Assembly: GCA_040402835.1 (NCBI GenBank)
Contig: JBBALW010000004.1
Origin: Flavobacterium sp.
Lineage (GTDB): Bacteria > Bacteroidota > Bacteroidia > Flavobacteriales > Flavobacteriaceae
DNA: 64,000 nucleotides
Direction: 5' to 3' (one strand)
In this document: positions 1 through 10,244 of the stretch, piece after piece
Layout: every line of letters starts with the position of its first letter
How positions within the stretch are numbered: the stretch's first letter is position 1
The notes under the pieces: model-generated
What the model saw: only the letters and a program-made list of their open reading frames with translations
Database searches by the model: none
What the model was told of the DNA's origin: nothing
Program-made: the position numbers and the translations under genes

Positions 1-621
1 TTCTCGGTTGTACTTGTCTTTTTGAATGTATTTTACCCCTTTTACACCACGTAATGTGATTTCGTAACTTTGCTCGACCCCTTGTTTTCCAATAAAATCA
101 CCGCTATTATAGTACGGATTTTTTGCAACTTCTTTTTCGCTTACTTGTGTTATAGAGCCGAAAACATTGGCTCCAGCAGAAATTTGATAATCTCTTAAAG
201 AACGTTTTTGAATATAAAAACCTTCAAATTTTCGTATTTTTTCTTGAAAGGCAGCATATTCTAACTTATTCAATTGCGGCAAAAAAACTGACGGAAGTCT
301 TGGGCTGTAAATTTTTGCCTTTGCCATTTTTTCAGTGAAATAGTTCTTTGTAATATTTAATAATTGACAAAATTCAGTCGTGTCAATTTTTTTTAAGTCA
401 CGCGGAATGATCATTATATCATAAGATGGCTGATTGGCAACCAATAATTTTCCGTATCGGTCATAGATATACCCTCTTTCTGGATAATCGTATTTTATCT
501 TGATGGCATTATTATCCGATTTTAATTTGAAAGTATCATTGACAACTTGAAGATAAAAAATACGTATCAAAAGCATGGACGTTGCAATGATTATAATTAA
601 GGGCAGTAATGCTTTTCTCAT
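1..621 (-). CDS. mrdA: penicillin-binding protein 2 (peptidoglycan D,D-transpeptidase), N-terminal part; 3' end runs off the window
   Basis: Not in the ORF track because it is open to the window edge. My translation of the minus strand from the ATG at 621 gives MRKALLPLIIIIATSMLLIRIFYLQVVNDTFKLKSDNNAIKIKYDYPERGYIYDRYGKLLVANQPSYD..., a TM anchor plus PBP2-type N-terminus. ATGA overlap with the mreD stop; classical mreB-mreC-mreD-mrdA order. Confidence 0.75.
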   Translation of the reverse strand, partial: MRKALLPLIIIIATSMLLIRIFYLQVVNDTFKLKSDNNAIKIKYDYPERGYIYDRYGKLLVANQPSYDIMIIPRDLKKIDTTEFCQLLNITKNYFTEKMAKAKIYSPRLPSVFLPQLNKLEYAAFQEKIRKFEGFYIQKRSLRDYQISAGANVFGSITQVSEKEVAKNPYYNSGDFIGKQGVEQSYEITLRGVKGVKYIQKDKYNRE

Positions 622-1124
622 CTTCGACTTGGCTTAAAAACATAAATTAAGACGATGCACATTAGCAATGTAAATAGGGTTCCAAGAATGGTTCTAAGTA
701 GAATATCCCAAAGGGAACTCAATTGAAAAACTTCTAAAATAAATAGTGAGAAATGATGCACAATTACAGCAAGTAACAAAAACGAAAATCGTTCTGGCGT
801 CAACACATCATTGATTCTAACGGTTTGATATTCATAACTTAATCCGAATGCAAATTTAAAAAGATACGGTCTGGAATACGCCAATATCAAACAAGAAGCT
901 GCGTGGACTCCGCCAGAATTACTGAATAAATCCATTGTGATTCCCAACAAAAAACTTGAAATAATCAGCATTGGTTTATTTCCGTTTACGGGATATAAAA
1001 TTATGAAAAGGATATATGGAAATGGGTTTATATAGCCAAATAAATCAATGTTATTGAAGATAACGATCTGTGCGGTAAGCAACAAGAAAAACCGAACGAA
1101 ATTCATAATTACCGCGCTATTCAT
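618..1124 (-). CDS. mreD: rod shape-determining protein MreD
   Basis: 168-aa polytopic membrane protein directly after mreC, with overlapping stop/start on both sides. Confidence 0.8.
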   Translation of the reverse strand: MNSAVIMNFVRFFLLLTAQIVIFNNIDLFGYINPFPYILFIILYPVNGNKPMLIISSFLLGITMDLFSNSGGVHAASCLILAYSRPYLFKFAFGLSYEYQTVRINDVLTPERFSFLLLAVIVHHFSLFILEVFQLSSLWDILLRTILGTLFTLLMCIVLIYVFKPSRR

Positions 1125-1941
1125 TTTTTGTTTTATTTTCTAGATTGATAATTTCTTCCCGATTTTTACTTTTTATGATATAAACATGCCCTAAATTAGT
1201 CATATCATTAAATAATTTCACATTAAGAGTATAATAATTGGTTTGGTTGTCAATAAAAATTTTGTCGATTGTACCAATATTTATGTTTTCTGGAAAAATA
1301 ACCGATTGACCACCAGTTACAATGGTATCTCCTTTTCTAATAGCTGCCAATCTGGGAACATCAATTAACTGAACAAATCCAGTACTTTTTCCATCCCAAA
1401 TTAGAGAACCAAAATGATTTGTTTTCTTGATTTTAGCGTTGATTTGTGATTTGCGATTTAAAATACTTACAATTGTAGCGTAATTTTCAGAAGTATAATC
1501 TACAATTCCTATAATTCCTAAGCTATTTATAACGCCCATATCTGGTTTTATACCCGCTTTTTCACCACTGTTTATGGTGATGTAATTTTCATAGACATTG
1601 TAAGAATTATGAATCACTTTTGAAACAATAATATTTACTTTATCCACACCTTTTATACTGTCGATTTTAGGAACCAAAGTGGAATCTTTGATGTTGAATA
1701 ATAAGATTTTCAAACGCGCATTTTCTGTTGCAAGAATTTCATTTTGAGTTTGCAAATTTAAGTATTCACTTACACGATTTATTCTTTCGTACACACCACC
1801 ACTAAGGAAATTTGCAGATGAAATGACCTTGCTTCTGTGAAAAGAATGCGATTGAATTGTTAAGATTAATGAAACTAACAAAAGCAGCAAAAACAGCAAG
1901 CGATTACTGTTTTTAAATATAAAATTGAATATTTGCTGCAT
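1117..1941 (-). CDS. mreC: rod shape-determining protein MreC
   Basis: 274 aa with an N-terminal TM segment, a coiled-coil region and beta-rich C-terminal domains (GIIGIV.., VTGG..FP motif). Positioned between mreB and mreD. Confidence 0.85.
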   Translation of the reverse strand: MQQIFNFIFKNSNRLLFLLLLLVSLILTIQSHSFHRSKVISSANFLSGGVYERINRVSEYLNLQTQNEILATENARLKILLFNIKDSTLVPKIDSIKGVDKVNIIVSKVIHNSYNVYENYITINSGEKAGIKPDMGVINSLGIIGIVDYTSENYATIVSILNRKSQINAKIKKTNHFGSLIWDGKSTGFVQLIDVPRLAAIRKGDTIVTGGQSVIFPENINIGTIDKIFIDNQTNYYTLNVKLFNDMTNLGHVYIIKSKNREEIINLENKTKNE

Positions 1942-1952
1942 CTATATGCGTA

Positions 1953-2981
1953 TTATTTTATTAAAATACTTCTAAATCTTGGAATGTCTTTCAACGCCAT
2001 TCCAGTTCCTCGAACAACGGCTCTTAAAGGATCTTCAGCAATATAAACTGGTAAATCTGTTTTTTGAGAAATTCTTTTATCCAATCCACGCAACATAGAA
2101 CCGCCACCTGCAAGATAAATACCTGTATTGTAAATATCGGCTGCTAATTCTGGAGGTGTTTGAGATAATGTTTCCATTACCGCATCTTCAATTCTTTGAA
2201 TTGATTTGTCTAATGCTTTTGCAATTTCTCTATAAGAAACAACAACTTGTTTTGGTTTTCCTGTCAATAAATCACGCCCTTGAACAGAATAATCATCTGG
2301 CGGAGCTTCTAAATCTTCTATTGCCGCACCAATTTCAATTTTTATTTTTTCAGCTGTACTTTCTCCAACAAATAAGTTGTGTTGCGTACGCATATAATAT
2401 ACAATATCATTTGTGAAAACATCACCTGCAATTTTCACCGATTTGTCGCAAACAATTCCTCCAAGTGCAATTACTGCAATTTCAGTTGTTCCTCCACCGA
2501 TGTCAACAATCATATTTCCTTTTGGTTGCATAATATCAATCCCAATACCGATAGCGGCTGCCATTGGTTCGTGAATTAAATATACTTCTTTTCCGTTTAC
2601 TCTCTCGCAAGATTCTTTAACAGCGCGCATTTCCACTTCTGTAATTCCAGATGGAATACAAACTACCATTCGAAGAGCAGGCGTAAACATTCTTTTTTTC
2701 AACGCAGGAATACTTTTGATAAACATACTTATCATTTTTTCCGATGCATCAAAATCTGCAATAACGCCATCTTTTAAGGGACGAATGGTTTTTATATTTT
2801 CATGGGTTTTACCTTGCATCAAATTGGCCTCTTTTCCAACAGCAATAATTTTGCCTGAAATTCTATCACGAGCAACAATGGAAGGGGAATCAATGACAAC
2901 TTTACCGTTGTGAATGATTAATGTGTTTGCGGTACCAAGGTCTATCGCGATATCCTCAGTCATGAAATCAAAAAATCCCAT
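1953..2981 (-). CDS. mreB: rod shape-determining actin-like protein MreB
   Basis: 342 aa. DIAIDLGTANTLI, VVCIPSGITEVEMRAV and DIGGGTTEIAVI are canonical MreB/actin-fold phosphate and adenosine motifs. Confidence 0.97.
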   Translation of the reverse strand: MGFFDFMTEDIAIDLGTANTLIIHNGKVVIDSPSIVARDRISGKIIAVGKEANLMQGKTHENIKTIRPLKDGVIADFDASEKMISMFIKSIPALKKRMFTPALRMVVCIPSGITEVEMRAVKESCERVNGKEVYLIHEPMAAAIGIGIDIMQPKGNMIVDIGGGTTEIAVIALGGIVCDKSVKIAGDVFTNDIVYYMRTQHNLFVGESTAEKIKIEIGAAIEDLEAPPDDYSVQGRDLLTGKPKQVVVSYREIAKALDKSIQRIEDAVMETLSQTPPELAADIYNTGIYLAGGGSMLRGLDKRISQKTDLPVYIAEDPLRAVVRGTGMALKDIPRFRSILIK

Positions 2982-3037
2982 AAGTCTTTTAAGGGTTTAG
3001 TTAGTTTAAAAAAAAATTGTTTACAAAGTTAAACAAA

Positions 3038-4591
3038 TTAATGTTTAAAATGACGCGTTCCTGTAAATACCATTGCAACTTTATTTTCATTGCAATAATT
3101 GACACTTAATTCGTCTTTTATAGAACCTCCGGGCTGAATAACGGCTGTAATTCCAGCATGTTTTGCAATTTCCACACAATCAGGAAAAGGAAAAAAAGCA
3201 TCGCTTGCCATTACGGCGCCATTCAAATCAAAACCAAATGTATTTGCTTTCTCAATTGCTTGTTTCAATGCGTCAACTCTTGAGGTTTGACCTGTTCCCG
3301 AAGCGATTAATGTTTTGTTTTTTGCGAAAACAATTGTATTAGATTTTGTGTTTTTACAAATTTTAGAAGCAAATATCAAATCTTCAATTTCTTGAGAAGT
3401 TGGTGCTGTAATTGTAACCGTTTTTAAATCAGATTTAGTATCCGTAATGTAATTTTTATCTTGTACCAAAAGTCCATTCAAGCAAGTTCTAACTTGTTTT
3501 TTAGGTAATTCAACTTCATTTTGGACTAATATAATTCTGTTTTTCTTTTGTTCCAAAATAGTGATTGCTTCCTCATCAAAACTTGGCGCAATAACCACTT
3601 CGCAAAATAAGGCATTAATTTCATTTGCAGTAGCAACATCTATTTTTCCGTTTGCAATTAAAACACCACCAAAAGCGGAAGTTGGGTCGCAAGCCAATGC
3701 TGCTAAATAAGCTTCTGTCATTGTATTTTTCGTAGCCAATCCACAAGCGTTATTGTGTTTTAATATTGCAAATGTTGGATTTTCATCCTTAAATTCTAAT
3801 ATCAAATTTACCGCGGCATCAACATCTAATAAATTATTATAGGACAATTCTTTTCCGTGTAATTTGGTAAACATGGCATCAAAATCTCCAAAGAAATACC
3901 CTTTTTGATGTGGATTTTCACCATATCTCAACACTTGTCCGTTGGCAATACTTTCTTTATAATAGGTTTGCTTCGCCTGTTCGCTATCGCTCGAGTCATC
4001 TGTATTGAAATAATTAAAAATTGCGGTATCATAATGAGAGGAAATGTGGAATGCTTTTGTAGCAAATAATTTTCTATCTTCTAATGTAGTTGCGCCATTT
4101 TGATTGGTAATTAAATCTAAAAGTTGGCTGTATTCATTTACAGATGCAACAATTACGGTGTCTTTGAAATTTTTTGCGGCAGCACGAATTAACGAAATTC
4201 CACCAATATCAATTTTCTCAATACTATCTGCTTCAGAAGCACCCGAGGCAACCGTTTTTTCAAAAGGATATAAGTCAACAATTACCAAATCAATCTGTGG
4301 AATGTTAAATTCTTCCATTTGTTGCACATCGCTTTCAATGTCTTGACGGTTTAAAATTCCACCGAAAATTTTTGGGTGCAATGTTTTTACACGGCCACCA
4401 AGAATGGATGGATAAGAAGTAACATCTTCAACAGGAACTACTGGAATCCCTAAGTTTTTTATGAAATCTTCGGTTCCTCCAGTGGAATAAAGTGTTACAT
4501 TTTGTTGGTGTAATTTTCTTACGATTGGCTCTAATCCGTCTTTTGAGAAAACTGAAATTAAGGCAGATTGAATTTTTTTTGTAGTGTTCAT
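3038..4591 (-). CDS. purH: bifunctional AICAR formyltransferase / IMP cyclohydrolase PurH
   Basis: 517 aa. MGS-like N-terminal domain (ALISVFSKDGL...STGGT) and AICARFT domain (GGRVKTLHPKIFGGIL, ...IQPGGSIKD). Confidence 0.95.
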   Translation of the reverse strand: MNTTKKIQSALISVFSKDGLEPIVRKLHQQNVTLYSTGGTEDFIKNLGIPVVPVEDVTSYPSILGGRVKTLHPKIFGGILNRQDIESDVQQMEEFNIPQIDLVIVDLYPFEKTVASGASEADSIEKIDIGGISLIRAAAKNFKDTVIVASVNEYSQLLDLITNQNGATTLEDRKLFATKAFHISSHYDTAIFNYFNTDDSSDSEQAKQTYYKESIANGQVLRYGENPHQKGYFFGDFDAMFTKLHGKELSYNNLLDVDAAVNLILEFKDENPTFAILKHNNACGLATKNTMTEAYLAALACDPTSAFGGVLIANGKIDVATANEINALFCEVVIAPSFDEEAITILEQKKNRIILVQNEVELPKKQVRTCLNGLLVQDKNYITDTKSDLKTVTITAPTSQEIEDLIFASKICKNTKSNTIVFAKNKTLIASGTGQTSRVDALKQAIEKANTFGFDLNGAVMASDAFFPFPDCVEIAKHAGITAVIQPGGSIKDELSVNYCNENKVAMVFTGTRHFKH

Positions 4592-4796
4592 TGTGTAGTT
4601 AGATTTAAAAGTGCAAAAATAGTTTTTTTATTAGATTTATTGGTAATTTAACGATTAGAAAACAACAACTTATTTCTAAATTTACGACTCAAATTTTTTA
4701 TGATTTATATGAATTCATAATTTATAACTTATAATTAGTTCCATTAGGTTATTGAGAAAAAAATATGGAATTTTACACTATTAAAACACACACAAT

Positions 4797-6047
4797 ATGA
4801 TTGTTTATCTGCGGTTGCTGAAAGAGAGTTTTAGTTTTGCTATGAATGCGTTGCGAAACAACAAATTGCGAACGTTACTTTCATTATTAGGAGTTACAAT
4901 TGGTATTTTTTCTATCATTGCGGTGCTTGCTGCGGTGGATTCATTAGATAGAAAAATCAAAAAAGATTTAAGTAGTTTGGACAAAAACACGATATATTTA
5001 ATGCGTTTTTCTTTCGGTCCTTCTGAAATTCCACAGTGGAAAAGAGAGCAATTCCCGAATGTGAAATACGACGAATACGAATATTTGAAAGGTTCAGTAA
5101 ACCACACAAACCAAATGTGTTATCAAATGTTCACGGGAAGTCAATCGATAAAATTTGATGCAAATGTGGTCAGCGATGTCAATGTTGTGCCCGTTTCTCA
5201 TGAATTTATAGACATCCAAGGATTAGAATTTAATGAAGGTCGATTTTTCAACGAATCCGAATCCAATTCAGGAGCTGCTTTAGCCGTTTTAGGATACGAA
5301 GTTGCCCAAGGACTTTTTGAAGGCAGTGATCCAATTGGTAAAAAAGTTCGTTTATACGGGCAAAAATTTACGGTTGTTGGGGTTTTGAAAAAACAAGGTG
5401 CTGGAATGTTTGGTGATAATAATGATACTTCGGTTTATTTGCCAGTCAATTTTATCCGAAGATTATATGGTGATAATAATGCTACTATGACTCCCGTAAT
5501 TCTAATCAAGCCAGAAAAAGGCATAGATATGGAAGCTTATAAAGCAGAACTTACCCAAAAACTTAGAAATTATCGAGGAATGAAAACGGGAGACATTGAT
5601 AATTTTTTCATTAATGTTTTATCAGGATTTACCGATTTGATTGACGGGATTATTTCTAAAATGAATCTCGTAGGTTGGATAATAAGTGGATTCTCATTGT
5701 TGGTTGGTGGTTTTGGAATTGCCAACATTATGTTTGTTTCCGTAAAAGAGCGTACGAATTTAATAGGAATTCAAAAATCTTTGGGAGCCAAAAACCGATT
5801 TATATTATTCCAATTTCTATTTGAAGCCGTTATTTTATCTGTAATAGGTGGATTAATTGGATTGTTTTTGGTTTGGATAATCTCTATTATTTTAACCAAT
5901 GTCTTGGATTTTGAATTTGTATTAGGTTTTGGGAATGTCCTTTTAGGAACTGGATTAGCCGCATTAATAGGATTAATTTCAGGAATTTTACCCGCTATTT
6001 CGGCATCTAAATTAGATCCTGTGGAAGCGATTAGAACGGGAATGTAG
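4797..6047 (+). CDS. ABC transporter permease, FtsX/MacB type
   Basis: 416 aa. N-terminal TM, large periplasmic MacB-PCD-like domain and C-terminal FtsX-type TM bundle (ERTNLIGIQKSLGAKNRFILFQFLFEA). Confidence 0.85.
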   Translation: MIVYLRLLKESFSFAMNALRNNKLRTLLSLLGVTIGIFSIIAVLAAVDSLDRKIKKDLSSLDKNTIYLMRFSFGPSEIPQWKREQFPNVKYDEYEYLKGSVNHTNQMCYQMFTGSQSIKFDANVVSDVNVVPVSHEFIDIQGLEFNEGRFFNESESNSGAALAVLGYEVAQGLFEGSDPIGKKVRLYGQKFTVVGVLKKQGAGMFGDNNDTSVYLPVNFIRRLYGDNNATMTPVILIKPEKGIDMEAYKAELTQKLRNYRGMKTGDIDNFFINVLSGFTDLIDGIISKMNLVGWIISGFSLLVGGFGIANIMFVSVKERTNLIGIQKSLGAKNRFILFQFLFEAVILSVIGGLIGLFLVWIISIILTNVLDFEFVLGFGNVLLGTGLAALIGLISGILPAISASKLDPVEAIRTGM

Positions 6048-6060
6048 TTGGTCAAAACAC

Positions 6061-6146
6061 AAAAAAACACAAAGCATAACTTTGTGTTTTTTTGTGTCTT
6101 TACGATAAAAAAATCTACCTCACATTTATATTCTGAATCAAATCAA
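6061..6146. repeat. direct repeat copy 1: duplicated accD 3' tail plus terminator
   Basis: About 86 nt, roughly 93% identical to 10245..10330. The minus strand still reads ..DLIQNINVR*, the last codons of accD, with only synonymous changes. Confidence 0.9.
6067..6093. terminator. bidirectional rho-independent terminator (permease / kup)
   Basis: Hairpin ACACAAAG-cataa-CTTTGTGT flanked by an A-run and a T-run, between convergent genes. Confidence 0.75.
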
Positions 6147-6165
6147 ACTATGAATTCATCTTATT

Positions 6166-8136
6166 TCAATGTATTTTTCGATCTAATTTTATGTTTGTTA
6201 TGGGATGATAAACTAAAGGAATTTGCTCTATTTCAACATCGGATTTTTCCAAACCAAATGCTTTTTCGTCGCTTAATCCCATACGTTTTAAAAGAAAATA
6301 ACCTTTTAATAGCAATCCTTCGCGTAAAGCAAATTCGTTTTCGATGGATAAAAATTTCTCAATTACAACAAACTTAAAGTCAGGTTCATTGTTGTATTTA
6401 CTTGAGCCATCGGGACGAATATGTAAATTAAGCTCTTTATTTGCTACTAATTCTTTGACAATATTTTTGAAATAAAGCTCCGTTTTTGGTTGTATTCTAA
6501 AACCAACATTGATATTTATTTTTATTACCTTATCATCAACTAATTCTGAAACATCATACGATAACGTGAATGGGTCTTCTGTTCTATTAATGTGTAAAAA
6601 CCAATAAACATCTGCGCGTTTTGGTTTTTTCGCAAAAATAGATTTGATTATTTTTTCTTCAATTTCATGTCTTCGATTTGCTTTAGACAAATAGATTAAA
6701 TGCGTTGCAAATTTTGGAATAGCGTCATCTTCGCTCAACTCAGTTAATTGATTACTATATTTACCTAATTCTATAAATTTAATAAAATTATTATTGATTT
6801 TTCTGGCATAATACCAAATGTACATCACAGAAAATATAAATAACTCAAAAAACAAGAACATCCAACGTTCTTTAATCTTGGCTACATTGGCAATAAAAAA
6901 AGCGATTTCTATAGTTCCAAAAACGGTCAGAAATAGGAAAACCTTAATTCTATTCCATTTCAATCTGTACTTGATAAAATAACTTAAAAGTAACGTAGTC
7001 ATAAGCATCGTTATAGTGATTGAAAACCCATAAGCGGCTTCCATGTGAGCACTTTCTTTGAAGTAAACCATCATTAACAAACAACCAAACCAAAGAATAC
7101 TATTTACACTAGGAATATAAACTTGTCCTTTACTATCACTAGGTTGCTTAACTGTAACTCTAGGCCAAAAATTAAGGTTCATTCCTTCACTGATTAAGGT
7201 AAAACTACCGCTAATTAATGCTTGTGACGCGATTACTGTTGCGAAAGTTGCAATGATAATACTTGGCAGTAAAAACCAACTTGGTACAATTTCAAAAAAC
7301 GGGTTTCTGCCATTCAATAAAGTAGCTCCTTGGTGCATCAACCAAGCAGCTTGCCCCAAATAACAAACAACTAAACTTATTTTGACATAAATCCAAGTGA
7401 TACGAATGTTTTTAATGCCACAATGTCCTAGGTCGGAATACAATGCCTCTGCTCCCGTAGTACATAGGAAAACTGCTCCTAAAAGCCAAAAACCATTTGG
7501 ATAGTTTACCAAGAGATTATAGCCATAATACGGGTTTAATGCTTTGATAATATCAGGATGGATTGCAATTTCGTGTATTCCAATAATTAGAAGCATTGAA
7601 AACCAAATTGCCATAATCGGACCAAAAAACTTGCCTATTACCTGTGTTCCAAATCGTTGAAAAAAGAACAATAATGACAAGATGGCTACAACAATACCAA
7701 TAGTTAAAGCATTTCCTGCGACGATTGTGTTTTCAAATCCATGAACCATTCCTAGACCTTCTATTGCAGAAGAAACGGAGATTGGAGGAGTAATAATTCC
7801 ATCGGCAAGTAGTGTAGTTGCACCCAATATTGTTGGTATTACTAATTTTTTCCCATAACGTCTAACTAATGCATATAGTGAAAAAATACCACCTTCTCCA
7901 TGATTATCCGCTCGAAGTGTGAGCCACACATATTTTATAGTAGTTTGAAAAACAAGTGTCCAAAAAATACAAGAAACACCACCATATACGAGCGTGAGGT
8001 CTATTGGTCTATTGCCTATAACAGCTCTTAATGCATATAAAGGGCTTGTTCCAATATCGCCATAAATAATCCCAAGAGCTACTAAAAGGGAGGCAGCAGT
8101 AACTTTGTTAACCACACTATTTTTTGTTGTATTCAT
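6166..8136 (-). CDS. kup: KUP/HAK/KT family potassium uptake transporter
   Basis: 656 aa. YGDIGTSPLYAL signature near the N-terminus, 12-TM core and a cytosolic C-terminal domain. Confidence 0.92.
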   Translation of the reverse strand: MNTTKNSVVNKVTAASLLVALGIIYGDIGTSPLYALRAVIGNRPIDLTLVYGGVSCIFWTLVFQTTIKYVWLTLRADNHGEGGIFSLYALVRRYGKKLVIPTILGATTLLADGIITPPISVSSAIEGLGMVHGFENTIVAGNALTIGIVVAILSLLFFFQRFGTQVIGKFFGPIMAIWFSMLLIIGIHEIAIHPDIIKALNPYYGYNLLVNYPNGFWLLGAVFLCTTGAEALYSDLGHCGIKNIRITWIYVKISLVVCYLGQAAWLMHQGATLLNGRNPFFEIVPSWFLLPSIIIATFATVIASQALISGSFTLISEGMNLNFWPRVTVKQPSDSKGQVYIPSVNSILWFGCLLMMVYFKESAHMEAAYGFSITITMLMTTLLLSYFIKYRLKWNRIKVFLFLTVFGTIEIAFFIANVAKIKERWMFLFFELFIFSVMYIWYYARKINNNFIKFIELGKYSNQLTELSEDDAIPKFATHLIYLSKANRRHEIEEKIIKSIFAKKPKRADVYWFLHINRTEDPFTLSYDVSELVDDKVIKININVGFRIQPKTELYFKNIVKELVANKELNLHIRPDGSSKYNNEPDFKFVVIEKFLSIENEFALREGLLLKGYFLLKRMGLSDEKAFGLEKSDVEIEQIPLVYHPITNIKLDRKIH

Positions 8137-8234
8137 TATGTAAATTGTTAAAAATTTTAATGATACAAAGTTCTATAAAAGGATATTTGTAGAATATAAA
8201 AATGTGGGGACTTGCTATAAAGATTTTATAAAGA

Positions 8235-8912
8235 TTAACTAAAACGATATCCAACACCGCTTTCCGTAATAATATATTTGGGCTGGTTTGGGTTTTCTTC
8301 TATTTTTTTGCGCAATGTACCGACAAAAACCCTCAAATATTGTGTTTCTGTTTGATAGCCAGTTCCCCAAATTTCTTTTAGGATGTATTGATGTGTCAAA
8401 ACCCGACCTTCATTTTTCATAAACAGCGCTAATAAATTATATTCGGTTGCGGTAAGTTTTAGCATTTCGTCTTTTTGTTTTATGATTCTTGCTCCAAAAT
8501 CTATTTGTAAATCTCGGCAAGTAAATATACTGCAATCATCATTGGTTTGATTTCTGCGAATTACCGAGCGAATTCGTGCTAAAAGTTCGGCACTTCTAAA
8601 AGGTTTTGTTAAATAATCAGTTGCGCCATTATCAAGTGCCTTCACAATATCCTCTTCACTATTTTGGACAGATAGAATTATTATTGCTTTATTGTACCAA
8701 GTTCGAAGTTCCTTCAGTATTTCATGCCCACTTTTATCAGGCAAACCTATATCTAACAATATTAATTCTGGTGGATGATTTACAGCCATTAGTATTCCTT
8801 CTTTTCCCGTTTCGGCAAGCCAAACTTTATAGTCGTTACTTTCTAATGTTATTTCTAATAACTTTCGGATTGGCGCTTCGTCATCAATAACTAATATTTC
8901 AGCTTTATTCAT
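8235..8912 (-). CDS. kdpE: OmpR-family response regulator, KdpE-like
   Basis: 225 aa. REC domain (VIDDE...LLDIGLPDKSG...ILSVQNSEEDIVKALDNGATDYLTKPF) closely parallels E. coli KdpE as I recall it. Winged-helix C-terminus (..VGYRF). 8-nt overlap with the upstream kinase gene. Confidence 0.7.
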   Translation of the reverse strand: MNKAEILVIDDEAPIRKLLEITLESNDYKVWLAETGKEGILMAVNHPPELILLDIGLPDKSGHEILKELRTWYNKAIIILSVQNSEEDIVKALDNGATDYLTKPFRSAELLARIRSVIRRNQTNDDCSIFTCRDLQIDFGARIIKQKDEMLKLTATEYNLLALFMKNEGRVLTHQYILKEIWGTGYQTETQYLRVFVGTLRKKIEENPNQPKYIITESGVGYRFS

Positions 8913-10014
8913 TTTTAAGATTGTTTAAATAAGTCGTTTCGGTTGGAATTTTTATAGTGAAACATGCACCTGAATTTATATTAGAGTCTAATTTTATGGT
9001 TCCATTAAGGGCTTCAATAAATCCTTTTACAATTGACAATCCAAGTCCACTTCCGCCAGTTTTTGTATTTGGTAATCTATAAAATTTATCAAAAGCAAAT
9101 TGAATTTCGTTTTCTGGAAACCCATTTCCGTTATCCGAAACAGAAATAATACAAGTATCAGATTCATAAGTTGCATCAATATTTATAATTGTATTTTTTG
9201 GAGTATATTGAATTGCATTAGTTACTAAATTTTGAATTACTTCTTCTATCAATCCAGAATCTAACTTTAATAACGGCAATTTTTCATTTGGAATGAAACT
9301 AATGATATGATGATTTTTTACCGGCGTTATTTTTTGAATTACCGTAAATATGAGTTCATTTATATCACACCAATCTTGTTTTGGTTTTAACATTCCCGTT
9401 TCTAATCGACTCATATTTAACAAATTTTCGACTTGTCTGTTCAGTCGAATACTTGCTTTGTCAATTTCTTCAAGAAGTTCATTTTCATTTGTTTCTGAAA
9501 GTTTGGTTTTATTTTCTTTAAGGGTGTCAATCGCTCCAATTATTGTAGATATTGGTGTTCGCAACTCATGAGATAATGAATTGAGTAATGTATTGTAGAG
9601 TTTTATTGTTTTTTCTTTTTCGTCTTTATCTCGTGCTTTACTTTCTGCTTCTCGTATTTTGAATGTTAAAACTGCATTTACTAAAGCTATAATGAAATAC
9701 ATTAGAAACAATAAAATGTCCTCAGTATTTGTAATATGAAATGTAAATAGAGGTTGAATAAAAAAGAAATTTAAAATCAAACCACTTAAAACAGCAGTTA
9801 ACAAGACTGGTAAAATATCAAAAACCATCGCAACAAGAGAAACTGTCATTAGAAGAATTAATGCCGTTATTCGATAATCAATATATTTTGAAGTAATAAA
9901 ACAGATAATTGACACTATAAATACCATTACAATACTAATAAAGTATTGCATTGGCATTGAATATTTTTTTGTTTTAAATTTTCTCAAAATCGAATTTGTT
10001 GCTTGATACAGCAA
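8905..10014 (-). CDS. sensor histidine kinase matching only the C-terminal half of KdpD (TM bundle + HisKA + HATPase)
   Basis: 369 aa. TM helices, H-box LSHELRTPIS, N-box VTNAIQYT, G-boxes DNGNGF / GGSGLGLSIV. The track start is TTG; an ATG at 9957 (MPMQYF..) is an alternative. No KdpD N-terminal or Usp sensor part is present. Confidence 0.8.
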   Translation of the reverse strand: MLYQATNSILRKFKTKKYSMPMQYFISIVMVFIVSIICFITSKYIDYRITALILLMTVSLVAMVFDILPVLLTAVLSGLILNFFFIQPLFTFHITNTEDILLFLMYFIIALVNAVLTFKIREAESKARDKDEKEKTIKLYNTLLNSLSHELRTPISTIIGAIDTLKENKTKLSETNENELLEEIDKASIRLNRQVENLLNMSRLETGMLKPKQDWCDINELIFTVIQKITPVKNHHIISFIPNEKLPLLKLDSGLIEEVIQNLVTNAIQYTPKNTIINIDATYESDTCIISVSDNGNGFPENEIQFAFDKFYRLPNTKTGGSGLGLSIVKGFIEALNGTIKLDSNINSGACFTIKIPTETTYLNNLKNE

Positions 10015-10244
10015 AAGTAATTGAATTCTTCAAATATTTCTAAAACAGCATCTTTAATCTCTTTAGGTTTAACTCCTCGAAGCGCTGCTTCATTTTTTTC
10101 CACAGATTCACGGATTAAAAAGATTTTTGAAAATCTGCGGCTGTTATTTCGTTAATACTTCTGGGGCTATGCCGCGAGGGAGTTTATGGATTAAAAAAGT
10201 AAGCAGCCTTGATATAAAATTTCCAATTCGGTATTATTTTCCAT

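Noticed and set aside
6048-6377. 109-aa plus-strand ORF
   Set aside because: It starts in the terminator/accD-tail repeat and runs antisense into kup. No coding signal.
10015-10243. Possible gene remnant upstream of the histidine kinase (short frames such as ..IRESVEKNEAALRGVKPKEIKDAVLEIFEEF..)
   Set aside because: Three different frames are each interrupted by stops and I could not assign the peptides to any family by eye. Mentioned only as possible debris of the islet end.
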